From the IMG/VR virus record IMGVR_UViG_3300049454_000015, positions 1-55,054 of that record: DNA of 55,054 nucleotides; one strand, 5' to 3'. The notes under the pieces were generated by a model, which had not been told where the DNA came from, did no database searches, and worked only from the letters and a program-made list of their open reading frames with translations. Each line of letters starts with the position of its first letter. The stretch's first letter is position 1. A program made the translations under genes and the position numbers. This DNA comes from a virus. Its lineage: Duplodnaviria; Caudoviricetes. Shown here piece after piece: positions 17,410 to 27,111 of this stretch.

Positions 17410-18264
17410 CTACTGGTTTGGGGGGCTCGCAGGGTCATCCCGGTCGAGCAGCTTCTGAACGCCGGCCGCGGCTTCCTCCACCTCAGCCTTGACGGTGGCC
17501 AGGGTCGTCTTCATCGCGGCGAACTTGGCGTCGTCCAGAACGTCCCCGGCGATCACCGCGTCTACCTTGTCGTCCAGGACGGTGACGGCGCGCAGGAGTC
17601 TTGTCGCCATCGTGACGGTCAGCTGCGCGGATGCCTTCACCTGCGCGCTGATGTAGATGTCGCGCTTGCGGTCCGCTTCTGAGTACATGTCGTCCTCCGG
17701 TGCCGGCGGCCGGCGGCCGGTCGCCTCGTCGATGGCGTCCGCGATGGCCACCGCGACCCGCGACCGGCCGCCGGGTCCGCGCAGCAGCTGGCGATCTTCG
17801 GGATTGGTCTGGAACCCGGACTCCACGATCACCGCAAGGCAGTCGGGGTTGCGGTCGAGCGCCTTGCGGCACCCGTAGTAGTAGTGCAGCGCCTCGGTGT
17901 AGTTGTCCGGGCGGAACCCGCGCGGCCAGCCATGCGACACGTACGCGCGCTTGAACGCTGCCGCCATCCGCCCGCCGGCCTGGTTCTGGTATCCGACGCT
18001 GGCGCCATGGGATTGGGGGCTGTCTGAGGCGTCGCAGTGGATCGCCACGAACACGTCACACACGTACGCCGAGGGCGGCGGGTCGGCCTGGATGACCTTC
18101 GCCACGTAGCCGCGCGCCACGAGCGCGTCACGGCAGTTCAGCGCGGCTTCCCACGCGAACAGGGCCTCACCGGGGCCGCCGGTCTTGTCGTTGTTGGAAA
18201 TGTCCGGACCCCACGGGCCGGCGGTCCGGCCCGTGTGCCCGGCTTGGATCACGACCAGCGGCAC
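17410..18264 (-). CDS. N-acetylmuramoyl-L-alanine amidase (Amidase_3) endolysin
   Basis: VIQAGH...E...VAIHCD...VIVESGFQTN Zn ligands; helical C-terminal domain. Confidence 0.85.
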   Translation of the reverse strand: MPLVVIQAGHTGRTAGPWGPDISNNDKTGGPGEALFAWEAALNCRDALVARGYVAKVIQADPPPSAYVCDVFVAIHCDASDSPQSHGASVGYQNQAGGRMAAAFKRAYVSHGWPRGFRPDNYTEALHYYYGCRKALDRNPDCLAVIVESGFQTNPEDRQLLRGPGGRSRVAVAIADAIDEATGRRPPAPEDDMYSEADRKRDIYISAQVKASAQLTVTMATRLLRAVTVLDDKVDAVIAGDVLDDAKFAAMKTTLATVKAEVEEAAAGVQKLLDRDDPASPPNQ

Positions 18265-18274
18265 GGGTTGGCCT

Positions 18275-18418
18275 CTAGTCCGTGCGCGTGTCGTCGTCCG
18301 CCTCGTCCGCCTCGTCCGGCTGGGTCACCGGGGCGTCAGGGGTACCGGTCAGGTCGCTGTGCTCCGGGTCGACCGCCTTGCTCTGCTCGCCGGTCTCCGT
18401 GCTCCGTGTCTCATCCAT
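18275..18418 (-). CDS. possible small acidic protein
   Basis: 47-aa ORF filling the gap between tail and lysis genes. Confidence 0.3.
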   Translation of the reverse strand: MDETRSTETGEQSKAVDPEHSDLTGTPDAPVTQPDEADEADDDTRTD

Positions 18419-18463
18419 GAGCGCATGCTACGCGAAAAGATCACCGGGAACCGGGCGCCGTCC

Positions 18464-18913
18464 CTAGGCGGCTTCGTAGATGACCTGCCCCTGCATCATG
18501 TCGCCGTTGGCCCAGGTCATAGGCGTGGTGGAGGTGACGCCGATGCGGTTAGCGTTGGCCGCCGCGGGGTTGAACACGAGGAAGTTGACCGTGGTCGTTG
18601 ACGCGACGGTGATGATCCCGTCGAAACTCGCGGGCGCGGACACATCCCGGTAATGGGAGAAGAACCCGAACGAGACGTTCGACAGGCCGGTGACCGGCAG
18701 CGTCGCCACCGGCGTACCGGTGATCGCCGACGTCGACCCGAACACCAGCTCATATCTGGCGATGATCAGTTTCCCCATCTGCAGGTACGCGTGGTTCTGC
18801 GCGCCGTTGCCCACCGTGACGTTGGTCCAGGTCGGGATGAACGAAGTGAACGCGTCGCCGTATCCCTCGAAATCGCCGGCCTTAACGAGCTGGCCGGCCA
18901 GCGGTGAACTCAT
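18464..18913 (-). CDS. minor tail / receptor-binding-like protein
   Basis: beta-rich; FIPTWTNVTVGNG...YLQMGKLI...YEAA tail-tip pattern. Confidence 0.7.
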   Translation of the reverse strand: MSSPLAGQLVKAGDFEGYGDAFTSFIPTWTNVTVGNGAQNHAYLQMGKLIIARYELVFGSTSAITGTPVATLPVTGLSNVSFGFFSHYRDVSAPASFDGIITVASTTTVNFLVFNPAAANANRIGVTSTTPMTWANGDMMQGQVIYEAA

Positions 18914-18925
18914 CGCATGCGCTCC

Positions 18926-21646
18926 CTAGATGACGTAACGGACGCCGCGGTCAAGCTCGACCACCGCTCCCGTCGCGTGGGTCTTCACCACGCCGTTGAC
19001 CGAACGGGTGACCGTGAACGTCTGCGGCGACGACGCGCCGCTGATCGCGGTCACCGTCATGACCTCACCACCGACGCGGATGTCCAGTGGCAGTTCCCCG
19101 CCGCTGGTGGTCCACAGCGGCCCGGACGGAGTGGCCACATCGACCGCCGTTTCGGTGGTGGTCAAGTCCTCCGCGAGCGTCGACCCGTCGGAGCTGTACC
19201 GGCTCCCGGTCTCGTCGTACACCCCGGCCGCGTTCCACGGCGACGCGGGGGAGCAGTTGAAGGTGGTGTCGTGTTGGAAGTTGGACAGGGTCTCCGACGA
19301 CCCCTGCAGCATTTGGCGGATGTCCTCCGGCGGCAACCAGCTCGGCGGGTCGGCGACGGCCAGATTGTCACCGAGGTCGAGTTCCATTACCTGAGTCCGC
19401 AGCGTCGAACTGAACGACGCGTTCGCCAGGTTCAGCTCGACGGTTGGGTACCGGGCCTCATCCACAGTGCCCAGGTGCAACCGCCAGCCGGAATGGTCCG
19501 CCAACACCGCATCGGTTTCCGGGTTGATGGTCACCCCCGTGTCATACCGGCCGACTCCGTCCGGGGGAGACTGCACCGACAGCGCCCCGACTTCCAGTGT
19601 GGTCCTCGCCGAGGACCCCCGCACCCGGGACACGGTCACGTCGTTGGTGACCGCCTGGTCGTCGTCGACAGGCACCAGCCCCACGAGCTGGTGACCGGGG
19701 TAGGACAGCGACAGGGCAACATCCTGGTTGTACAAGGTGGCACGGGGCCGGTACGCCAAGCCGGTCAGCTCCCGCGGCTCGTACAGGATCCCCAGGTCTG
19801 TTTCGGCGGCTTCCCGCAGCAGCGACAGCAACGTCGACTGGCTCTGCGGGCCCATCGCCGGGGTGTCTGTCAGGTCTCCCAGCGCGTAGAACGTGATGGC
19901 CTCCTCTTCGCACAGCCGCTCGATCCGTGTCCCTGCCCGTTCCCCCGTGTAGGCGTCCAGCTCCGCGGCCAAATCGAACATGTCGGTGATCTGCTTCTCG
20001 ATGCTGAGGTGACCTATCGCAACGTCGTCGAGGGCGTAACCGAACACGGCGGTGACGGCGCGGCCGATGGTTTCGCTGTTCAACGTGCCGTTGATGAACA
20101 GCCCGGTGGAGTCCCCTACGTTGAGCGTGGACAGCTGCCAGTCGATGTTGGCCCCGTTCTGGTCCAGCTCGATCGACATCCGCAACTCGTCACCGTCAAC
20201 ACCGAACGCGAACGAACCGGAGTCCATCAGCAATACACCCAGGGTGGACCGTGCCTGTAGCTTCAGCGTCCCGCCGGTGCCATAGATGACGTCCCATTGG
20301 TAGGCGCTGCCCGCGTTCGTGAGCCGCATCAGAGAGGCACCGTTAACGCTGCCGGCGGCCGGGATGTTGATCAGGAACCTGAGCTGGATAGTGCCGGTGC
20401 TGGTGTAGGCGGGGACGGTCCCGGAGAACCGCGCAGACCGCATCAGCGGCAACGGCGCGGACGCCTCGAACCCGCCGTAGGTCGCCATATCCGGCGACCC
20501 GATGATCTGCAGCGCGGACCCACCGGTCGCGGACGCCGCCGACCTGGAGTTCTCCCCGTCCTCCATCGGCCAATACGCCACCAGCGGAGCCGACGACGAC
20601 GTCAACGCCCTGAACAGCGTCGATTTCAGTGGAGATGCGCCCTGGTTGAGCCGCCGCAGAATCCCGGCGGCGTCGATGGACGCGCGGACGTCACGACCAG
20701 TGACGTCCCACACCTGCGGCCAGGCCGGAATCTCCCCACAGAACCGGGCCCGGTAGTTCGTCAGCTCCACCCCCGCCGGGACCGTCCAGGTGTTTCCTGC
20801 GGCATCCGCGAACGACGAAGCCCCGTCTGTCTGCACGGTGAAATCCGGGTTCCCCCGTTCGGTCCCGGCGATGCCGTCGAGGATCTTCACCGCGTAGATC
20901 TCGCCCCGGCCGATCCGGTCATAGATGTTGACGTTCGCGCCGACCCTCGCGATCGCCGTGCTGTTGAAGATCGACGTTGTGGTGCCGGTGGTGACCGCGT
21001 CACCGAGCTGCGTCCAGGTCCCGGAAATCGTGTCCGAGTAGTAGAACCGGGCGGTCTTCCCGCCGGCCCCGTTGTTGACGTCGAGGGTCACCCGGACCGC
21101 TTTCCGGCCGTACAGCGGGGCCGGCACCACGGCGGTCGCCGCTGCCGTGAGGAAGGTGGTCCCGTCTGCAGACCAGTACAGGGCCAGTATCCCGCCGGTG
21201 TCGACCGCGAAAGCGTACGAGCGCTGATTACCTGAGCCGGTCCACTTGGACACCAGATCCGTGTAGGACGTCCACGACTTCAGGGAGAGGTCGACCCTGA
21301 TGTCGATATCGCCGGTGATCGACAAGCCGGCCGTGTCCGGAGCGGTGACCACGTCGGTGCCGTCGACCAGGAGCCGGGTCAGGCCGTGGTTGATGCCGAC
21401 CCGCAGCGGCGTGTTCCGACCGATCTTCCCGTAGTAGGCGCCGAGAGGGTTGCGCGGCGAGTACGCGCCGTCCCGGTTGTTGATCGTCAGCTTGCAGGTG
21501 GACCTGTCAACCTGCGTGCCTTCGGTGCTGCGCCCACGGTCGATCCTGATCACCTGGGCCCCGTACACCTTCGTCGTCAGGTTCACCCAAGCGCCGTCAA
21601 TGTACGCCTCAACCTTCGTCGACAGGGGCGTCTGCGGGAACGTCAC
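18926..21646 (-). CDS. large minor tail protein with LamG-like domains
   Basis: follows TMP; IDRGRS...LTINNRDGAYSPRNP, LVAYWPMEDG. Confidence 0.8.
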   Translation of the reverse strand: MTFPQTPLSTKVEAYIDGAWVNLTTKVYGAQVIRIDRGRSTEGTQVDRSTCKLTINNRDGAYSPRNPLGAYYGKIGRNTPLRVGINHGLTRLLVDGTDVVTAPDTAGLSITGDIDIRVDLSLKSWTSYTDLVSKWTGSGNQRSYAFAVDTGGILALYWSADGTTFLTAAATAVVPAPLYGRKAVRVTLDVNNGAGGKTARFYYSDTISGTWTQLGDAVTTGTTTSIFNSTAIARVGANVNIYDRIGRGEIYAVKILDGIAGTERGNPDFTVQTDGASSFADAAGNTWTVPAGVELTNYRARFCGEIPAWPQVWDVTGRDVRASIDAAGILRRLNQGASPLKSTLFRALTSSSAPLVAYWPMEDGENSRSAASATGGSALQIIGSPDMATYGGFEASAPLPLMRSARFSGTVPAYTSTGTIQLRFLINIPAAGSVNGASLMRLTNAGSAYQWDVIYGTGGTLKLQARSTLGVLLMDSGSFAFGVDGDELRMSIELDQNGANIDWQLSTLNVGDSTGLFINGTLNSETIGRAVTAVFGYALDDVAIGHLSIEKQITDMFDLAAELDAYTGERAGTRIERLCEEEAITFYALGDLTDTPAMGPQSQSTLLSLLREAAETDLGILYEPRELTGLAYRPRATLYNQDVALSLSYPGHQLVGLVPVDDDQAVTNDVTVSRVRGSSARTTLEVGALSVQSPPDGVGRYDTGVTINPETDAVLADHSGWRLHLGTVDEARYPTVELNLANASFSSTLRTQVMELDLGDNLAVADPPSWLPPEDIRQMLQGSSETLSNFQHDTTFNCSPASPWNAAGVYDETGSRYSSDGSTLAEDLTTTETAVDVATPSGPLWTTSGGELPLDIRVGGEVMTVTAISGASSPQTFTVTRSVNGVVKTHATGAVVELDRGVRYVI

Positions 21647-24171
21647 CGGCCGAGCACCGTCTGAACGTCTCCACCACGGGTCCGGACTTCCTTACGGAGC
21701 GGATCGATCAGCAGCTGGGCGACGCGTTCGCCACCGAGCTGCACCGTGACGTGCATCGGCCCGGCAGCGTGCCCGGCCGTCGCTGCCGCCGCGTTCAACG
21801 TATGCGGGGCGGCTGCCTTCCCGGCCGGCATGAGGGTCCGCAGCCACGTCGAGACAACGTTACGGTCCCTCGCCCCGCCGGTGAAGTTGTAGCCCTTGTG
21901 GCTCTTGTAGAACATGTCAGCCAGCTTCGACCCGGTACCGGTCCAGCCCCGGTTCGACGTCGAGAAGTCCTCACGCAACGCCCCGCCCTTGTTCAACCAG
22001 TTCAAGTACGAGCCGGCGGACTGGCCGAGCGTGGCCGGCTTCGCAGCGGGTTTCCTCGCAGCCGGGATCTTGGACCGCAGCCACGCGGAGATCACCGCCC
22101 GGTCCTTCGCCCCGCCGGTGTAGTCGTAGCCACGATGGGAAGCGAAGAACGCGTCCGCGAGCCGGCCGCCGTTGTTGGTCCAGCCCGGGTTGCTGGTCGA
22201 GAAATCCTCATGCAGAGTCCCGCCACGGCGCAACCAGTTCAAGTAGCTGTTGGCTTGTGCCGCGATCCCACCGGAAGCGAACCCCATGATCCGGCGCGTG
22301 TCCGGGTTCGACCGCACCGTCGAACCGAACGGCAGCCGCACCATCTCCGGGCCCTGCTCGCCGACCATCACCACGTTGCCCCGCGGCCCGCCCTCCGCGG
22401 CCTGCGCCATCGGCCCGCCACCGATCACCCCGCCGGTAGCCTCCCGCTGGAACCCACCCGAACCGCCGGTGGTGAACGCGATCCGCGCTTTCGGTGGCCC
22501 CGTGATGATTGTCCGCACGGTGAAAGTGAACGTCTTCCCGCTGGGCAAACGCTTGATGAGCGTGCCCATGGTGATGATCTCCTGCTTCGCAGACGCCGCG
22601 TTGTTTCTGAACGCCGTGGCTTTCGAGGCGGGGGTCTGCAGAATCGTGTCAACGTACAGGCGGGCTGCCTTCTTACTCATGCCGGCCGCCGCCGCCGCGT
22701 TGATCAACCGGTCCCGCTGCGTCGACAGTTTCGCGTTCGCCACGTCCAGCGGAACACCTTGCTTCACCTGGGCGTCGCGGAACTGCACCGCGGCCTGCGC
22801 ACTCTGCAGCATCGCCCCTCGAACAGCGCGCCCCTTCTCCGTGTTCGAGTCGAGGTTCGCGCCGTTCTTCTTGATCGCTTCAGAGACCCGGTCTATCGAC
22901 TCCTCGAACCGCAGGTGCGCCTGTTCCGCCGACTGGTTCTGGCTGTTCAGCTTGTCGAGCGATTCGCTGAGCTGCTCGGCTGCGGATTTCTCCTGGTCCA
23001 TGCCTGCGGCGGCGTCCTGGAACGCAAACGATGCGTCCCGCGCCGATTCGGCGTTCTTTCCGATCCCCAGCGCGTGCGCGGCCAAGGGCCCGAGGCCGGC
23101 GGTGGCGATGCTGAACAGGGTCTTTGCGGCTTCGCCGTGTTGCTGCAGCCAGTTCGCGGAGTCCGACAGCTTCGCGATCAGATCTGTTAAACCGGTGGCC
23201 AGTTGGATAGTCCACGTCACCAGATTCGCGAACGTCTGCGGGTTCGAGCTGATGCTGTCCGCCACGTTGATGATCGCATCCGAGAGCCCCTCGAACAGCC
23301 CCGGCAGGGACGGGCCGATCGTGTTCAGTAGCGCGCTGAACGCTTCGGTTACCGGGCCGATCGCGAACCGCATCCGACTGAACCCGTCAGCCACGTTGGT
23401 GCCGAAATCCCCAATCGCGGGGGCCATCTTCGCGAACGCTTCCTGCAGGAACGGCACGAACGTATCGAACGTTTCTTTGAATTCGGAGGACAGCCCCAGT
23501 AGCATCGGCACGAACGGCGCGCTGATCCGCTTCGCAACGAGCTTCGTGTAGTCGGCCAGCGCCGAAAACTCCCTCTGTACCGCCTGGTTCTGCGCGGCAG
23601 CAGCCAACCCGATACCGGCGATCCCGGCACCGAACCCGAGGACCAGCGCACCGCCCGCGGCGGACCCGATGGCCGGCATACCACCGACCAGGGCAGCGGC
23701 GACCGGCGCGAGGAACGCCGCCCCCACCAAAGGGTTGCTGGTGACCGCGGTCCCAAACGAGCGGTTCAACACGGTGGTTGCGGACTCGGCAACGTTCCCG
23801 AAGAACGTCCCCGCGCCCCTCAACACGCCCCGGCCGAAATTCATCCGGAATTTCGACCCGCCCTCGTCGCCGGACTTCCCGGCGTCGTCCGCAAACTGTT
23901 TCAGCTCGCCCCGGATCCGGCGCAGGTTCTCCAGCGACCCCCGTTCCTCGCGGAGCTTCTTCAACACGTCTTTGTTGCCGGTCTGCTCGAACTCGACGCC
24001 CAGCTGTCGGACGTGCTCGGACGTCGAGTCGATCTTCGAGTCGATCTTCTGCAGCTCATCGCCGACCTTGATGATGTCGCCCCGGAGCCCCCGAAACTGG
24101 GCCGCCGTCTTGGCGGTGACCGGCCCGGCCCGGTCCTTCGCCGTGACAACGATCTCGACCTCGTTGCTCAC
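21643..24171 (-). CDS. tape measure protein
   Basis: 842 aa, Ala/Gly helical; VEIVVTAKD N-terminus, VGEQGPEMV motif; position after chaperone. Confidence 0.85.
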   Translation of the reverse strand: MSNEVEIVVTAKDRAGPVTAKTAAQFRGLRGDIIKVGDELQKIDSKIDSTSEHVRQLGVEFEQTGNKDVLKKLREERGSLENLRRIRGELKQFADDAGKSGDEGGSKFRMNFGRGVLRGAGTFFGNVAESATTVLNRSFGTAVTSNPLVGAAFLAPVAAALVGGMPAIGSAAGGALVLGFGAGIAGIGLAAAAQNQAVQREFSALADYTKLVAKRISAPFVPMLLGLSSEFKETFDTFVPFLQEAFAKMAPAIGDFGTNVADGFSRMRFAIGPVTEAFSALLNTIGPSLPGLFEGLSDAIINVADSISSNPQTFANLVTWTIQLATGLTDLIAKLSDSANWLQQHGEAAKTLFSIATAGLGPLAAHALGIGKNAESARDASFAFQDAAAGMDQEKSAAEQLSESLDKLNSQNQSAEQAHLRFEESIDRVSEAIKKNGANLDSNTEKGRAVRGAMLQSAQAAVQFRDAQVKQGVPLDVANAKLSTQRDRLINAAAAAGMSKKAARLYVDTILQTPASKATAFRNNAASAKQEIITMGTLIKRLPSGKTFTFTVRTIITGPPKARIAFTTGGSGGFQREATGGVIGGGPMAQAAEGGPRGNVVMVGEQGPEMVRLPFGSTVRSNPDTRRIMGFASGGIAAQANSYLNWLRRGGTLHEDFSTSNPGWTNNGGRLADAFFASHRGYDYTGGAKDRAVISAWLRSKIPAARKPAAKPATLGQSAGSYLNWLNKGGALREDFSTSNRGWTGTGSKLADMFYKSHKGYNFTGGARDRNVVSTWLRTLMPAGKAAAPHTLNAAAATAGHAAGPMHVTVQLGGERVAQLLIDPLRKEVRTRGGDVQTVLGR

Positions 24172-24178
24172 TGAATGT

Positions 24179-24747
24179 TCACCCCCATCCGTTCGTCAGT
24201 TGCTCGGCCCCGCCGGTCGCGTCGTCCGGTATTGCCATGCCCTCGATGGTGACCAGCCGCATGAGCTCCGCGTTCTCGGCGTATAGCTGGCTCGGTAGGC
24301 AACTGAACCGGGCACACAAGCCGAGAACCAGCTCTGCGTGTTCTAGCTCGCCTGGCTTTCCGACAGTGGTTCCATCGGTAGCGATCCCTCCGGGAAGGTC
24401 TCGCCAGAGCCGGATTCTTTTCCCAGTTCATCCGAGACGCCGGTTATGGCGTCGACCCATGCCCAGATAATCGTTTGAATGAAGGTCAGCTCTTGGGAGT
24501 AGATCCCGGCCAGGTCGGTCGGCACCGGGTTCCCGTCGTCGTCCTCGACGTTCCACGACCTCAGCGCGTTGGCGAACGCCGAGAACATTTCCTCGACGTC
24601 GTCCTGGGTGAGGATCTTTTTGGATCGTATCTCCGTCACCTTGAACAGCGCGCCGATGTCGAGGGACGTGGCTTTCACTTCGAGTCCGTCCATGGACGGG
24701 TCATCGAACACGAGCTTGAAGACTTTCCGGTCCGGCTTGTATCCCAT
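24179..24747 (-). CDS. tail assembly chaperone, long -1 frameshift product (GT-like)
   Basis: slippery G GGA AAA at 24424-24418; -1 frame open to 24179 encoding LCARFSCLPSQLYAENAELMRL. Confidence 0.75.
24343..24747 (-). CDS. tail assembly chaperone (G-like)
   Basis: between tail tube and TMP; SWNVEDDDGNPVP motif. Confidence 0.8.
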   Translation of the reverse strand: MGYKPDRKVFKLVFDDPSMDGLEVKATSLDIGALFKVTEIRSKKILTQDDVEEMFSAFANALRSWNVEDDDGNPVPTDLAGIYSQELTFIQTIIWAWVDAITGVSDELGKESGSGETFPEGSLPMEPLSESQAS

Positions 24748-24750
24748 GGG

Positions 24751-25158
24751 TCAGGACCAGGTCGGCACGGTGCCGTCAGATAGGACGCCGGGCACGGCGA
24801 AGGTCAGCTCTCCGGAGTCGGAGCGCTGCAGCGGATAGTCCGTGAACAGCACCTCGTTGGCGAGTGTCTGACCGGACACGGCCAGGGTGACCGTGCGGGC
24901 AACGCTGGTGCTCGTCACCGTCTTGAACACGGCGTGCGCTTGGTCTGCGGCGTCGTTGAACACGCCGTTGAGGGTGATCGAGAAGTCGGCCATGAGCAGG
25001 AGCCGTTCCATCGCGGACTTGTCGATGCCGGTCACGTCCTGAACGGCCCGCGGCGTCGCGAACTGCAAGTTTGTGATGTCGTTTTTGATGGCCTTCGCGG
25101 CTCCTGCGCTGTCATCGACAGAGCAGGTAGTCCACCCGAGGCCGGATTCCTTCGCCAT
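24751..25158 (-). CDS. major tail (tube) protein
   Basis: 135 aa; DVTGIDKSAMERL; directly before chaperone. Confidence 0.75.
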   Translation of the reverse strand: MAKESGLGWTTCSVDDSAGAAKAIKNDITNLQFATPRAVQDVTGIDKSAMERLLLMADFSITLNGVFNDAADQAHAVFKTVTSTSVARTVTLAVSGQTLANEVLFTDYPLQRSDSGELTFAVPGVLSDGTVPTWS

Positions 25159-25368
25159 TTAGCCTTCCCTTTCTTCCGTTTCGACCACAGCGGCTGCTCG
25201 AACAGCAGCTATGGCGATATCCAGCGTTCGCTCGTCTCCGACCATTTCGGTGTGGATGATCGGCGCGTATCCCGCCTGCAAATCCACGATCACCCGATTC
25301 GTGTTCTCCGGGATGATCCCTTGCTGCGTCAGGGCTGCTATCAGTTCGTCGCTCGTGCGGCGGGCCAC
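25159..25368 (-). CDS. hypothetical protein
   Basis: 69 aa, tightly packed, AAGGG RBS. Confidence 0.55.
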   Translation of the reverse strand: MARRTSDELIAALTQQGIIPENTNRVIVDLQAGYAPIIHTEMVGDERTLDIAIAAVRAAAVVETEEREG

Positions 25369-25371
25369 GGG

Positions 25372-25809
25372 CTATCCCTTCTGGTGCTGGTCTGCTACGC
25401 GGAGCTGGTGCTCGGCGAAGTCCTCTACCCAGTCGATTGGCCTGGTGTGTCTGCGCTGGTGGCCGGTGGGGTTGCCGCGCCAGTCCCCGCCGACGACAAG
25501 GTAGATCTCCGGGCGGGTGCGGTGGTCGGCGAAGCAGCGTTGCCCGGAGTCGAACGCGAACTCGGTGAGCCCGCCCGGGCCGGGACGTTCGGTGAAGGTC
25601 CGGCCGGACCGGGCACGGATGTAGGCGGCCTGGGTGCGGCCGAGGTCGGTGGACTCATCGATGAGGGACCGCCAGCCGGCGCGCCAGGCCTGGCACTGCA
25701 CCTGCTCGCAGGCGGCTTTGATCCGGACGTCGTGGGGGGAACGCAGCTCGAAGGTTTGGAACGCCTGCGGGGGCGGCAGGTGGTCTTCCCAGGGCCGGAA
25801 CGGGTGCAT
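25372..25809 (-). CDS. tail-region protein (Cys/His motifs)
   Basis: CEQVQC...CFADH; TGATG overlap. Confidence 0.7.
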   Translation of the reverse strand: MHPFRPWEDHLPPPQAFQTFELRSPHDVRIKAACEQVQCQAWRAGWRSLIDESTDLGRTQAAYIRARSGRTFTERPGPGGLTEFAFDSGQRCFADHRTRPEIYLVVGGDWRGNPTGHQRRHTRPIDWVEDFAEHQLRVADQHQKG

Positions 25810-26546
25810 CAAAACACCTGCCCGGCGATCGGGTTCTTGGCGATGACCACGGAGAACACGGCGTTGGAGAACGTGCCGGTGGTGGCGATCCGCAGGTAGC
25901 GGCGGACCGTCGCGGTGTTCGCGGTGGCCAGCCGTTCGGTGGTGACGCCGGTCGCGGCTGTGAACGTGAGGCCGGCGACGTCGAGGAATGAGGAGTCGTC
26001 GGCTGAGTCCTGGATCTTGACGGTGACCGATGTGCCGGTGAACGCGAACACCTGCAGGTAGGCCTGCGCGCCGAAGTCGGCGGACGCGGTCGTGTCGATG
26101 CTCGGCCCGTTCGTGGCGGCCGTGTCGGTGCGTTTCCCGGCGGTCAGCTGCCGGCCCCACTCCAGGCCGTAGGCGTTGGCCTGCGCGGACACCTCGAACC
26201 GGAACGCCCCGTCGTCGGCCCGCTGGCCGTCGTAGTTGATCTGCTTGGACACCATGCACGCGGCCTGGTTGCCGAGGGTGGTACCGCGGCAGTAGGTGAG
26301 CATCACGTCCGCGGTGGGTAGCAGCTTCAGGCGTAGGTGCGCCCGGTCCGTGGCCGGGTTGAACGCCGAGGTGGCGTCGATCCGGCCGTCGCGGACCAGC
26401 CCGAGCCGTTCCACCGCCGACTTGTCGATGCCGGTCACCTCATCGGTTTTCGGGCCGCCCCCGATGACCTTCAACGACAGGATGTCCCCGGACAGGTCGT
26501 ACCCCCCGGCATACAGGTTGTCCCCGAGCCCTGACTGTTTTGCCAT
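25809..26546 (-). CDS. tail-tube paralog with C-terminal beta domain
   Basis: MAKQSGLG...VTGIDKSAVERL shared with 24751-25158. Confidence 0.75.
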   Translation of the reverse strand: MAKQSGLGDNLYAGGYDLSGDILSLKVIGGGPKTDEVTGIDKSAVERLGLVRDGRIDATSAFNPATDRAHLRLKLLPTADVMLTYCRGTTLGNQAACMVSKQINYDGQRADDGAFRFEVSAQANAYGLEWGRQLTAGKRTDTAATNGPSIDTTASADFGAQAYLQVFAFTGTSVTVKIQDSADDSSFLDVAGLTFTAATGVTTERLATANTATVRRYLRIATTGTFSNAVFSVVIAKNPIAGQVF

Positions 26547-26851
26547 CAGCCCTTCTCCCTGCCGACTGGTTCGATCCGGCCCCCGATGTTGGGGTTCTTC
26601 ACGTGGGTGACGTAGCCGTGGGCCTTGTCGTCCTGGCGCGCGGCCAGCGCCTCGTACCCGGCGGTGGCGTCCCGCAGGAAACCGGCGGGGATGGTGTGTA
26701 GGTAGGTGCTTCCACTGACCAACACGCCGTGCCGGGACGCTGACAGCAGCTCCCTTTGGTTGCGGGCGTCGTGGATGTTGCGGTACCAGCGCAACGTGAT
26801 GCCGTCCACGATCGTGGTAGTGGCGACCACGATTGCCCGGTCGTCACCCAC
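26546..26851 (-). CDS. hypothetical protein inserted in tail module
   Basis: 101 aa; TGATG overlap with next gene. Confidence 0.5.
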   Translation of the reverse strand: MGDDRAIVVATTTIVDGITLRWYRNIHDARNQRELLSASRHGVLVSGSTYLHTIPAGFLRDATAGYEALAARQDDKAHGYVTHVKNPNIGGRIEPVGREKG

Positions 26852-27104
26852 CGCCGGCCCGTGCCTTCGCTTCGGCTTCCTCCGCTGTCCGTACGGCTTG
26901 GCGCGCAAACGCATCCTTGGCCTCCAACAGCCGCCGCAGTCCTGCTGACAGCTCCGCTCCGTCGTCCAGGTTTTCGACCATGGTCACCGCGAGTTGCTGG
27001 CAACGCTTGACCACCCACCAGACCGGGCCGCGCTCGTCCAGGTGGGACGGGTCGAACCAGCGCATCAGGTCGCGGGTAGCCGGATGCCGGTCGGAAAGAT
27101 CCAT
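26844..27104 (-). CDS. small helical-hairpin protein (RHP...HL...LRRLLEAKD family)
   Basis: AGGAG RBS; recurrent phage motif ELSAGLRRLLEAKDAFAR. Confidence 0.7.
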   Translation of the reverse strand: MDLSDRHPATRDLMRWFDPSHLDERGPVWWVVKRCQQLAVTMVENLDDGAELSAGLRRLLEAKDAFARQAVRTAEEAEAKARAGGG

Positions 27105-27111
27105 GCTGCTC

